Origin: Octopus vulgaris
Taxonomy: Eukaryota
DNA length: 64,000 bases
Direction of reading: 5' to 3'
Assembly (NCBI GenBank): GCA_951406725.2
Contig: OX597814.1
Location: 9,796,001 to 9,860,000, forward strand
Below the pieces are notes generated by a model. That model was given only the letters and a program-made list of their open reading frames with translations, was not told where the DNA came from and did no database searches. Position 1 is the stretch's first letter. Each line of letters starts with the position of its first letter. The translations under genes and the position numbers were made by a program. Shown piece by piece: positions 11,329 through 24,414 of the stretch.

Positions 11329-11844
11329 CATAGATGTCACTAAGGTGATTGAGTGCTAGTCAACTCCAGCATTGCTGGAAATAATGCACAGGCGAACAGA
11401 AAGACGTATATTGAGTTCACAAACAGACGGAAAACAGACACAGAATTCTTCATCAGTTTCGCACCAGTGATATGATAAAACTGAGATGCTTCCCATGCTG
11501 GCGGCACTCGCGAAAGCTGCGGAGAATATTGGACTGAGAACAAACAATACGTAGATAACAGGTGATGCAGGAGTATCCTTTCGGGGTTGATAAAATAAGT
11601 ACCAATTGTGCGCTGGTGGCCAATGTAATTGACATATTCCCTGCTCCGAACTTGCTGACCTTGAAAAGAAATTTGAAATCAATATTACAGGTACCAGAAA
11701 CTAATGTCACATATGTAACTCAAACATGATGAAAACACAAAAAGTTACGTTCCTTCAAGGTCAAATGCCTGTCTAGACATTGGATTGAACTCTTTTTCTC
11801 GTTGATTAAAGTCATAATTTCCTTTCCTCTATTTCAGATAATCC

Positions 11845-12240
11845 ATGGATGAACAAGACGTTAAAGACGGTCATATTCAACATTGCATGCTGCACGAATT
11901 TCAAAAAGGCAACAATGCAACAGTTGTAACGAAAAACATAGGCAATGTTTATCCAAGATGGAGGAAGTGTGCAAGAATATCAGAGATGATTTTCAAAATT
12001 TAAGAAAGGCAATTTTGATTTTGACCTTTCTGATGGGCATCGATCAGGAAGGCTTATTGTTCTAGATGATGACACCTTGAAAGCTGAATTTGTAGAATAT
12101 CCTCGTCAAAACATCAAATTGTTCCAGAGACTTAATATACATTGTTCCATCATACAAGAACATCTTCAGAAACTTAGAATAAAGAAGGGATTTGGGTGCC
12201 TCATGAACTGTCACCAGACAATAAGGCTTTGCATTTAACA
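11845..12240 (+). pseudogene. Mariner transposase N-terminal fragment
   Basis: MDEQDVKDGHIQHCMLHEFQKGNNAT start and the diagnostic WVPHEL motif (tgggtgcctcatgaactg ~12193); frameshifted. Confidence 0.8.
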
Positions 12241-12271
12241 ATTTGCAAGGTTGCTGATCAGGAATGTATAC

Positions 12272-12402
12272 TGGCAGTGTCGTAAGAAGTATCTTTTCCA
12301 GCCGCATGAATCCGGGTTCAGTACCATTGAGTAAACACCTTGGGTGAGCGTGTTGTATTATAGCCCCGGGAAGACCCAAGCTTTGTTAGTGGATTTGTTA
12401 GA
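12272..12402 (+). mobile_element. SINE family A head, diverged
   Basis: tggcagtgtcgtaagaag...ccgggttcagtacc...ccttggg...gtggatttg. Confidence 0.65.
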
Positions 12403-12548
12403 TGTGTGTATGATATGTGTATGCATGCATATATGTATGTAAACATATATACATATATTTATACATACATATATGTATACGCATACACACATATATACTC
12501 GAATACACACAGAGACGTATCTATGTGTATATATATATATGTGTGTGA

Positions 12549-12604
<56 letters not shown>

Positions 12605-12605
12605 T

Positions 12606-12937
12606 GAGACCCCCTTCGGTCATGACTGACAGTGGGATTGCACCTAGAAAGTTACCCTCCCAGGCATAAGTCCGGGCAAGTTTGTTTATGGAAGACTGGC
12701 AGTCGCCCATGCATACCGGCCTCCCCTCTCCATGACACCAGTGCTATCCAAGGGAAAAGCAACAGCAGATGCAGCTTGGTACCTGTGACGTCACAACTCA
12801 TTTCTACAGCTGAGTGAACTGGAGCAACGTGAAATAAAGTGTCATTCTCAAGGACACAACACGCAGCCCGGTCCGGGATTCGAACACACAACTTCTCGAT
12901 CGTAAGCTCGACACTCTAACCACTGAGCCATGGGACT
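12606..12937 (-). mobile_element. tRNA-derived SINE family D (CORE-like central segment)
   Basis: Minus head tggctcagtggttagag...gttcgaatccc, then ccttgagaatgacactttatttcacgttgctccagttcactcagctgtagaaatgag; homologue at 17368-17630. Confidence 0.82.
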
Positions 12938-12982
12938 TCACACACATATACACACACACACATACATACACACACACACACA

Positions 12983-13031
<49 letters not shown>

Positions 13032-13122
13032 GTACACACACATATGTGTAGATGTATATAGACGTTTTACCTTTTACTAGCTTCAGCTCAACAAATAGGA
13101 CCAAAGAGAGAGAGGCAGTGAG

Positions 13123-13177
<55 letters not shown>

Positions 13178-13526
13178 AGACTGATACAAATTGTTAGATC
13201 ATGCAGATAGAGATAGATATATGAAAAAACCGAAAACTACTTACATATTACATACAATCGTACTCACACACACGATACACATACACACACACATACACAC
13301 ACACACACACATACACACACAGACGTACACGTCGGTGGTGTGCACGTTTCTGTGTGAACTTGCTCATTCTACTTGAAACAATGTTTCCTGAACTTCAGCA
13401 ATTATGGCGCTTCATCTAGCATCCCCGCTTCATCTTACGCCCATCTCATCTTTCTCCTTCCCCCCTTTTATTCCTCTTTCTTTCTTCACCTTCAAAGCGG
13501 GAGACTTCTAGTGATTTTCATTGGTC

Positions 13527-14060
<534 letters not shown>

Positions 14061-14544
14061 ATGCATAAAGAAATCATTAGAAACATAATATGATAGCAAT
14101 GAACAAGGCAAATAAAGAAAACCAGGATCATGGTTAGACAAATATTTAAGATAAAATAAATTAAAAGTCATGCGAAATATGTAATATAATATAATAATAA
14201 AACATAATATGATATAAATACCCAGAGGAAAAATTATTTGAAAAGAAGTTCATCGGCTACAACAAATGAAGAGATATTTAATAATGTAATTGTGTTTTGT
14301 TTTCTTTTCATATCATGTTGATATAAATATATTCTTATATATTCTTATATATTCTTATAAATATATTCTTAGATATTTTTTATAAATATATGCTTACTCT
14401 TCCTTTTAAGAAATGACTCCTCCTCTGAACAGTGATTCTTGGGAAAATGTATTTGCTTGCATGCTTCCTTTTGTGTAATGTATGAGTTTGTGTACATATA
14501 CAAAACATATACACGTAATGTTTATATGCACACACACACACACA

Positions 14545-14576
<32 letters not shown>

Positions 14577-14729
14577 TACACACACACACACACACAAAAG
14601 CACACGCACATATGTGCATATAAGCATTACGTGTATATGTTATATATATGTATATGTTACGTGCATATATACATATATATATACATGCATATATATACAT
14701 GCATATATATATATGTGTGTGTGTATGTA

Positions 14730-14761
<32 letters not shown>

Positions 14762-14763
14762 GG

Positions 14764-14810
<47 letters not shown>

Positions 14811-14988
14811 ATATATCTTTATATATACTTATGTAAACGTACCTATACATTCCTATATATATGTGTGTGTGTATATATATATATATACATATATCGATAT
14901 ATATCTATATATGAATATATATACGTATATATATATATATATGTGTATATATATACACATGCATATAGAAATACAGATAGACGTACTC

Positions 14989-15054
<66 letters not shown>

Positions 15055-15151
15055 GTAAATATATTTGTAGTGATATATGTGTATATATACGTATATCTTT
15101 ATATATAAATATATTTCATTGTTGCTGTCCCACTTGATCTTGTTCATCTTC

Positions 15152-15182
<31 letters not shown>

Positions 15183-15951
15183 GCTTAACAAAATCAGAAA
15201 GTGAAAAAATAAATAAATAAATAAATAAATAAAATAAGAGAAATATTACGCCAATTGATATGAATATTCTAAGTCAAAAATCAAAATAGATATTTATTTC
15301 CCATATACAGTCGTTTAAACAGAACATAAAAATGAAACTATAATGGAGAAAGAAAAAAAAAAGCCCCAAAAGCCAGCCCACATCATTGCTAATCAAAGAA
15401 CAAGACAAGAATCTTAATATACAATAACAACATCAATATACACATACTAACACTAACAATTAAACAACTTTCACGACGCCCTGAAGTCACTGCATGGAAA
15501 AAATATAACACCAAAAGGAATTAAACAAAAAAACTATACTATTAAAGAAAGGCAAATAACATGAGCTTTATAAATGTGTGTTTGTGCGTTTGTGTGTATT
15601 TGTAAACTTAAAAGAATATATAGAAGAGCTTATCCAATAAGTGAAGATAATAGAAAGTTTAAGAAAAGACAAAAAACAAAATGGTGGAAAAGAAACTAAC
15701 TTAACAAAAGCGTGTAAAAGCACAAGCATAACACAGAACTGAAGAACATATATAAAGAAAAAAAAAATTGGTAGAGAGGATTGACGAATTGAAGGCAAAT
15801 TGCTAATTTACGGGGAGACTGCGTCTAAAATGTGATCATGCGGTAAACTGAGAAATATTGTGTGAGTTATTGCAATAAAGATCTCACTTTTGATACATAC
15901 ATATATATTTATGTGTGTGTGTGTATATGTATGTGTATATACATACATCCA

Positions 15952-16073
<122 letters not shown>

Positions 16074-16575
16074 TCTGTTCTTTGTTGTTCTGTTGCTTTT
16101 TTTTTTCTTTTTGTTTTCAACGATCCTTTAAGAAGGGAATGGAACCATTTTTCGTCGCCAGTGAATGTCTCTGACGCCAGGGAAAGACTGTGTCGGGAAA
16201 CAAGAGAGAGAAGAAGAGAGGGGAAGGAAAAAGAGGGAAAGAAATAGAGAGAGAAAGAGGAGAGAGAGGAGGATATTTGCATAAATTGATAGGCAGATAG
16301 ATATGCATATTACAAAATATCAAACAAACAAGTTTTTAAATAAGTAAATAAGTAAATATTCCAATGTAATATATCTATCAGTCGTGCATTTTATTATCGA
16401 TATATATACTTGCATGCATGCTTGTTTACGTTTAAGAACTACGTGTATGTGTGTGCGTTACAGAGCTGTATGTCATTCGTATGCACGTATCTATTTCTCT
16501 GTGTTTCTCTCATTCTCTCTCTCTCTCTCTCTCTCATCTCATGTATGTGTGTATTTGTGTGTGTATGTATGTATG

Positions 16576-16609
<34 letters not shown>

Positions 16610-16644
16610 TCTATCCATCCATCCATCCATCCATCCATCCAACC

Positions 16645-16700
<56 letters not shown>

Positions 16701-16713
16701 GTATGAGAGTTGA

Positions 16714-16870
16714 CGTGGCAGTGTGGTAAGAAGTTTATTTTCCAGCCACATGGTTCCTGCTTCAGTCCCAGTGCGTGACACCTGGGGCACGTGTCTTCTG
16801 CTAGAGCCTCAGACTTACTAAAGCTGTCTGAGCAGATTTGGTTGATGGAAACAGAAAGAAGCCTGTCGTG
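16714..16870 (+). mobile_element. SINE family A 5' half
   Basis: gtggcagtgtggtaag...ttcagtcccag...gatttggttgatggaaacagaaagaagcctgtcg. Confidence 0.78.
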
Positions 16871-16876
16871 TGAGTA

Positions 16877-16962
<86 letters not shown>

Positions 16963-17367
16963 TATATACATATATATATATACATATATATTTATATATA
17001 CATGCGTGTATATATATATTAGAGGGTATATTAACCTCGTGAAGGGATGGTGGCATCCAAGGAATTACTGGTTCAATACCTAGTATTCTGGGGAATGAAA
17101 TTCCCTTAAAATAATGAGTATATATTAAGCATATAGTTTATATCCATTTAAAAGAAGAAAAGAAAATGGTCATAAAGCAGTTAATAATTGTTTATTATTG
17201 GCAAATTTGTCATCTTCGTTTCTTACAACCGTTTCAATAAATACTCAATAATTTAATTATAAATTTGTACATTAAATTTACATTTATGTGACATGAGTAT
17301 AACTTCATCAGAGAAAAAAAAGCGATGTACCTTTGGATGGTGTATGTGGACCTATCAATTCATTTCA

Positions 17368-17630
17368 GCAGACTCAGAGTGGTCAGAGTGTCGGGTTCAC
17401 AATCACGAGGTTGTAGTAGTTCCCTCAGCTGTAGAAGTGAGTTGCAACGGCTGTATCGGCCTTTGTCTTTTATTTGGGTGACATCGGTGGCACGATGAGG
17501 GGGAAGCTGGTATGCAAGGGCAACTGCTGGTCTTTCATAAACCACCTTGAGCGGACTCATACCTCGGAGGGTAATTTTCTAGGTGCGGTCCTATGGTGAT
17601 TCATGACCAAAGGGGGGAGGGTTTTACCCT
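17368..17630 (+). mobile_element. SINE family D, internally deleted copy
   Basis: ctcagctgtagaagtgagttgc...ggagggtaattttctaggtgc...tcatgacc shared with 12606-12937. Confidence 0.75.
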
Positions 17631-17945
17631 ATATATACATGTATGTGTATGTCATGGTTGTATGTATGCGTATGTCTGTTTATTTGAGGCCATGGTTCGT
17701 TTTCTACATTTTAGCAAAATGTTTTCTGTTTCCTTATAAGTTGCGTTTGTATTTCATTTAATCCTCAATCGATTATCAAACTATCTAATCCTTCGTAGTC
17801 TCATCATAATGTTGAGGTTATTTTGGCTTTTGTTGGTATTTTTTTTTATGAAACGGGTAATGCGATTGATCATTTTAATAATTAATAATTTCACTTAAGC
17901 CACAACTGCATTAGAAATTGATAAATTGCCTAACAATAAAAGTAA

Positions 17946-18150
17946 TATTGGTTTCAAATTTTGCTACGAGGCCGGCATTTTCGAGGGAATAGGTAAATCG
18001 ATTACATCAACTGATACTTATTTTATCGACTCCGAAAGGATGAAAGGCAAAGCCAACCTCGGAGGGATTTAAAGTAAGAACGTAAAAACGGACGGAATGC
18101 CAATAAGCATTTTGTCCGGCATGCTAACGATTCTGACAGCTCGCTGCCTT
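17946..18150 (-). mobile_element. SINE family B, alternative-tail variant
   Basis: cgaaaggatgaaaggcaaag...gctaacgattctgacagctcgctgcc with ggtttcaaattttg tail. Confidence 0.78.
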
Positions 18151-18184
18151 ACTGTGCAGCTGATATTGAACTTCAGTTACCTTC

Positions 18185-18791
18185 ATTACCGTCGCCAAAG
18201 AAGGAGATTATGTTTACATCGACGTTGGTTTGTCGTCTCTGTGCATAATAACTCAAAAAGTTGTTAACGGTAGTTGATGAAACTTGCAGGAAAAGTTGGT
18301 AATGACACAAGGAACAGACGATGACATTTTGGTGGTGATCCGGGAATTTTTATGGATTTGTGAAGGATTTTTCATTTGCTATATTTACTTTACATGAAAT
18401 ATTACAATGTTACGTTCTTTGATTATCTCCCTTGAAAACACGTTCATCGTTTCCACATAACCTATGGTGGCGTTGCTGTTTCCAAAGTTTATTTTCCTTT
18501 CTCTATTAGTAATTTTACTCGCATATCTATCTTAAAATGAGTTGCTTGGCGGAGATTCGCGGAGCTTGCTGTTGTCATTGATGTATTATAACTGCTTCAG
18601 ATGATTCCTGTTTTCAAAGGTTTTTTTTTTTCTTAAAAATCATATGGTTGTGTTATTTTTTTATCCCCGCCAAGGAGGTTAAGTTTTTGCTGGCGTTGGT
18701 TTGGGAAATTGGGCGATTTTCAGCATGGGTGTATATGGGTGGAAATGAGCTGCTTGGCGCAGGTCTGCACTCTCCGAGTGTTTTTCTAGTT
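18185..18791 (+). mobile_element. Helentron-associated (HINE/DINE-like) non-autonomous element, two nested or adjacent units
   Basis: Subterminal IRs c(c/t)cgccaa / cttggcg(g/c)ag occurring twice, gtttgtc tract, 3' hairpin gcactctccgagtgt followed by tttctagttt. Confidence 0.6.
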
Positions 18792-19889
18792 TACTTTGTG
18801 TCGTGTCATTACAGAAGTCTACCGTAGTTCTGATCTATAGTCTGTATACACAGATAGCTCTAAAAATTGCTCCTAAAATTAATATTGTTTTATATCTTGT
18901 GTTTATTGAGATTATCAACAATATTTTCAATATAATAGAAATTCCAAAACATCAAAGATAATCAAATATGCCACCCGTTCTTTGATATATAAATATGTTG
19001 GAGAATTGGAATAGAATAGTTCAATTCGTTCAATTTGAATAGGGTATATGAATTAAAGACCAATTTAAGGTCATGACTTATTAACATTTCTTGAAAACTA
19101 TTTGACCTTTTTGGTTTGCGACAAAATTTTCCCCTTTACAAGAACTGATCGGGATGAATTGACTAAATTACATAAAATGAAATCAATTTTCTCAGTATTA
19201 AAGAATGGATAGAATGAATTTAAGGTAAACTGACAGGAAGTCAATTCGAAATTTGTATACCTATACGTATGTACGTATTTATGTGTTTGCATATGTACGT
19301 GTTTATGTATTTGTGTATGTATGTATATATGTATGTATGTTTATATGAGAGTTAAGTTCTTATTTAGTGAATTCAAGACGCTCACGAACAATAATAAAAA
19401 GGCTTCTCTGAGAAAAGACAGTTCCGGAATATATGGCTGAGCGAATGTGTGCATATGTGTACGTGTAGGCATAGATATACATTTACTCAAGTAATGGGTG
19501 CACTCATTTCTTTAATACACGAATTATTTTTTTCAGCATCTGTGTGTATATCTTAAAAGTAAATATGAGATTGTATATAAATGTTCTGTTTAAGAAACTC
19601 AAATGGAGAGACTTTGGAATGTTTTACAAATCTTCACTACCGTTAATCGAATGGATTTAGAAGATTGGAATTAGTTTGCTTTGTTCCTTCTTGGGAAATC
19701 CCAGATTTTACTTTCACGATGTTATGTAAATCTCTTGTTACACCTCACAGTGCATGTATGATTTGTAGGTAGAAACAAAAGTCTGTAGCCAGGATACAAG
19801 AGGCGTTATCATTTCACTTAACATATTTTCCTTTGCCACCACCAATTTCAGGCCAGGGATTTGTAACAGCTAGACAGCTGGTCTCTACA

Positions 19890-20182
19890 ACAGTGCGTAA
19901 CATTCGTTATATACATATATTAGTATTATTTACTCTTTTCATTTCAAGCTTTGTTGTCAATCCTGGAATCTTGCATGCGTAGAAAGCTTACTGATTGAAG
20001 CTTACGGTGCCATACTATCTGTTCTTTTCAACTGCCCAATACTTCCCTGATTATTCTGGCCGTGCCAAGAAGGCAAGTCTTTTGTAACAGTTCTACTGGG
20101 TAGTCTACTCCGATTTCTTTCATATTCCTCTTGATGTCTTCTGTTACTTCCCCGAGGACCCAACAATAATTGACACAATTAC
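19890..20182 (-). mobile_element. RLE-type (Dong-like) LINE extreme 3' fragment next to (TAA)n
   Basis: Minus frame VIVSIIVG...ELLQKTCLLGTARIIREVLGS* resembles the C-terminus of 53180-53554; abuts the (TTA)n array 20183-20235. Confidence 0.7.
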
Positions 20183-20235
<53 letters not shown>

Positions 20236-20236
20236 T

Positions 20237-20473
20237 AGGCGGCGAACTGGCAGAACCGTTAGCACGCCGGGCGAAATGCGTTGCCGTATTTCGTCTGCCG
20301 TTATGTTCTGAGTTCAAATTCCGCCGAGGTAGACTTTAGACTTTGCCTTTCATCCTTTCGGGGTCAATAAATTAAGTACCAGTGACGCACTGGGGTCGAT
20401 GTAATCGACTTAATCCGTTTGTCTGTCCTTGTTTGTCCTATCTATGTTTAGCCCCTTGTGGGTAATACAGAAA
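20237..20473 (+). mobile_element. SINE family B monomer
   Basis: ggcggcgaactggcagaacc head through gccccttgtgggtaatacagaaa tail. Confidence 0.9.
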
Positions 20474-20560
20474 CACATTTACAAAAAATGTACATATATT
20501 ACATAGAAAAAGGTCCGTCTTACACCTCACCCCCTTTAATTCTTGATATCATTTCTATTC

Positions 20561-20795
20561 ATATTTCTTTATTACCCACAGGGGGCTAAACATAGAGGGG
20601 ACAAACAAGGACAGACATAGGTATTAAGTCGATTAAATCGACCCCAGTGCGTAACTGGTACTTAATTTATCGACCCCGAAAGGATGAAAGGCAAAGTCGA
20701 TCTTGGCGGAATTTGAACCCAGAACGTAACGGCAGACGAAATACGACTACGCATTTCGCCCGGCGTGCTAACAGTTCTGCCAGCTCGCCGCCCTA
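20561..20795 (-). mobile_element. SINE family B monomer with 17-bp TSD
   Basis: Direct repeat tgatatcatttctattc at 20544-20560 and 20796-20812. Confidence 0.92.
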
Positions 20796-20982
20796 TGATA
20801 TCATTTCTATTCCGTGTAAGTCGGACCTTTTTATATGCAAAATATGTATATTTTTTTGCTTTAAATATATTTTATATTTTTTGCCTAACTTGCTTGTCCT
20901 TACATTTACTACTCTGCCTGGTCAAGTTCAATTCTCTTCAATACCACAAAGTGCATTCTATACAGAGAATACCTGTCTCTAG

Positions 20983-21048
<66 letters not shown>

Positions 21049-21075
21049 AATCTATCTATCTATCTATCTATCTAT

Positions 21076-21275
21076 CTCTTTATTTGTTTCAGTCATTTGA
21101 CTGAAGCCATGCTGAAGCACCGCCTTTAGTCGAGCAAATCGACCCCAGGACTTATTCTTTGTAAGCCTAGTACTTATTCTATCGGTCTCTTTTGCCGAAA
21201 CGCTAAGTTACGGGGACGTAAACACACCAGCACCGGTTGTCAAGTGATGTTGGGGCGACAAACGCAGACACACAA

Positions 21276-21338
<63 letters not shown>

Positions 21339-21491
21339 ACGGGCTTCCTTCAGTTTCCGTCTACCAAATCCACTCACAGGTCTTTGGTCGCCTCGAGGCT
21401 ATGGTAGAAGACACTTGCTCAAGGTGCCACGCAGTGGGACTGAACCCGGAACCATGTGGTTGGTAAGCAAGCTACTTACCACACAGCCACT
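21076..21491 (-). mobile_element. SINE family A full length
   Basis: Colinear with 513-939. Confidence 0.9.
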
Positions 21492-21836
21492 ATCTATAGA
21501 TAGTTATAAATATATATACATACTCACTCACACACATGCACACACACACGCACATACACATCCACGCACACACACACACATACATACATACATACATGTA
21601 TACATACATACATACATACATACATACATACATACATGCATGCATACATACATACATACTTACACTTATATACACACCATGCACGCACGCTCGCACACAC
21701 AAACAAATGAGAACACACGCACACATATTCATATGTATACATTTGTACATAAATATGAATACATTCTGCTTTACGTGTGTATGAGTGTGTGTGTGCGCGC
21801 TCGTGTATGTGTGTGCATGCGCATGCATGCTTGTAA

Positions 21837-21868
<32 letters not shown>

Positions 21869-22169
21869 CACTGCCAACGCCGACAGCATGAACTCTTTAT
21901 CGCCATATCGTTTATCATCACCATCATTACAAAAACACCATTTTGCCACCATTACTGCAAGACTACCGCCAGAACACCACCCGCCGCCATCTCCACCACC
22001 ATCACCACCACCACCACCACAACCACCACAACCACCACTAGTTTCCGCAATTAACCCCATCTCTATCGCCAATACACTTGCTTGACCAATTTTAATAAAC
22101 TTAATGAAAGGCGTGTGCCGGTGTGTCGCTTGATATCTATTAATGCTGGTTTGTGTACGTGTGTGCGCA

Positions 22170-22246
<77 letters not shown>

Positions 22247-22326
22247 ATATATATATACATACATATATATATATATATATACACACAAATATTTATATAA
22301 ATATGTATGTATGCATATATATATAT

Positions 22327-22448
<122 letters not shown>

Positions 22449-23276
22449 TGATGCACTCCTCCCACACTCACACACATTCATAAACAACTACATATATACA
22501 TATGGGTCTTTGTGTGCGTATGTGCACGCATGCGTGATGCATGCAACTTATTGCCTGTCGCCCAACTTCCAAATCTGCGATGAGTACCGTCTGTTATTTA
22601 CATTTCGGCGAGTGAACGTCGCTTGCTTCCACCACTCGAATATTATTCGGTTATGTTTGTTGCCCGACGCACCACGTGTGCTTTGATACACCCATTTCTC
22701 GGGTCGGTAGCGGCGGTCAGGTGTGGTGGCGTTCGTCCTTGCACACGTTACGGCGGCTAATGAACTGTTGTTTTCTTTTGTTGCAGTGGACTCCTGGTGG
22801 TGATGGTAGCGGCGGCGGTGGTGATATGAATCCATTTGATTAAGCTAGTGAAGGTAGTGGTAGTGGTGGTGGTGGTGCTGGTGTCTTGGCGGAAGAATAT
22901 GGATCTAGAATGATCTTTTCATGCAAGAAGAGTTAGTGGTGGTGGTGGTGGTGGTAGTGATTATCTTTCAATTAAACCTTTGATTGTGCTAAAGTCGTTA
23001 CGGTTAAATCTACCGCTGCCACTGCTTTTGCTAGTGTAACATTTGTGTTGCTCTTGTCGTTTAACCCCTAATTTTTGTTCTAAGCGTGTAGAATTATGAT
23101 AAAAGAAAGGTTGGCCATGACCATCCAGTCTTTTCGAGATATGTAAATCAGAGTTCATTATCTGATATGTTCTTTATATTGGTCATACTAAAAGACGGCA
23201 GAATAGAATTTGGCTGTTATTTTTAACAGGTTGAGCGACTACATGAAGCTTATTCCTTGGCTTAAGGTACAATAGT

Positions 23277-23585
23277 GGAGGCGCCGGAATGTCCCAGTGG
23301 TTAGGGCAGCGGACTCGCGGTCGGAGGATCGCGGTTTCGATTCCCGGACCGGGCGTTGTGTGTGTGTGTTTATTGAGCGAAAACACCTAAAAGCTCCACG
23401 AGGCTCCGGCAGGGGGTGGTGGTGACCCCTGTTGTACTCTTTTGCCCCAACTTTATCTCACTCTCTCTTCCTGTTTCTTGAGTAACGCTGCGATGGACTG
23501 GCGTCCCGTCCAGCTGGGACCATACGCTACAGAAACCGGGAAATTGAGCCCTTGAGCCTGGCTAGGCTTGAAAAAGGCGCATAAA
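23277..23585 (+). mobile_element. tRNA-derived SINE family C with a V-domain-like segment
   Basis: Head cccagtggttagggcagcggactc...ggtttcgattccc; ctgcgatggactggcgtcccgtccag resembles the V-SINE conserved domain (recalled consensus). Confidence 0.8.
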
Positions 23586-23968
23586 TCTCTCTATATATAA
23601 ACGGCAGTTTGTCTGTGCGTTTTCTGTGTGTCTGTTTTCTCGTACCCTCACTCTGACCACGGCTTTCAACCGATTCTGATGAAACTTGACACACACATAG
23701 CCCAATGTCATAATTCAAAACTAACGCAGCGAAAATTTTGAAAAGTTCCCCCAGTTCTGAAAAAAATCGATAAATTCGACATGGGGTCGAGAATCAGAAA
23801 CCCAAACCACAGACCGTCTAGGGGACGCAACTCCACCTTTTTTAACTCTCAAAAAAATTTACCATCATTTTTTTTCCATTTTTTTGCTATTTTTTGGCTA
23901 TAACTCTCTAAAAATGCTTTATAGTTATTTCCCTTACAAACCTGAGCAACGCCGGGCGATACTGCTAG
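23586..23968 (+). mobile_element. Non-autonomous Helitron
   Basis: 5' TC start (a|tctctctatatataaa), 3' CTAG end (ctag|t), subterminal hairpin cctgagcaacgccggg, inserted between A and T with no TSD. Confidence 0.82.
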
Positions 23969-24414
23969 TAAATAATAAGGTACAATAAGTGTGTGTGCGT
24001 GTGTGTGTATGCCCTCACTCGTGTAAGTACTGAGTATATTTCAGATAGGAACTGTTGTTTAGATCCAGGTTATTAGTTAAGGGGCCATTATTGACAGTAG
24101 ATAACGCATTGGATTAAAAAGTAAAATTCGGAAGGAATCAAGTTTAGTAAGTAACTCACAAAAGAAACTAATAGATTAGCGAGAAGACTTGTCGGTAGGA
24201 CATAGTGTCTGACAAATTCCCTTGAGCAGTTATTTATTGTTTAACACTCACAGCATTGTTAAAGATGAGGGTGGTAAAGCAATTTGGATACAAGTGTGAG
24301 AAGCTAGCCGTAGTCGAAAATCCGAGATAATGTTTTTTCTAGGACAGGACAATGCGCACTATCAAAGTAGATGGATATTGTCTGCCAGCGGCACGTAACT
24401 GAAGTATTTGGTAT

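Noticed and set aside
12860-12937. tRNA-like sequences here and at 23277 and 45976
   Set aside because: A/B boxes are present but acceptor stems are incomplete and each runs into a SINE body, so they are SINE heads rather than tRNA genes.
16120-16175. TGDEKW, a mariner catalytic-like motif on the minus strand
   Set aside because: Only 6 residues match, with no colinear transposase similarity or TIR; may be chance.
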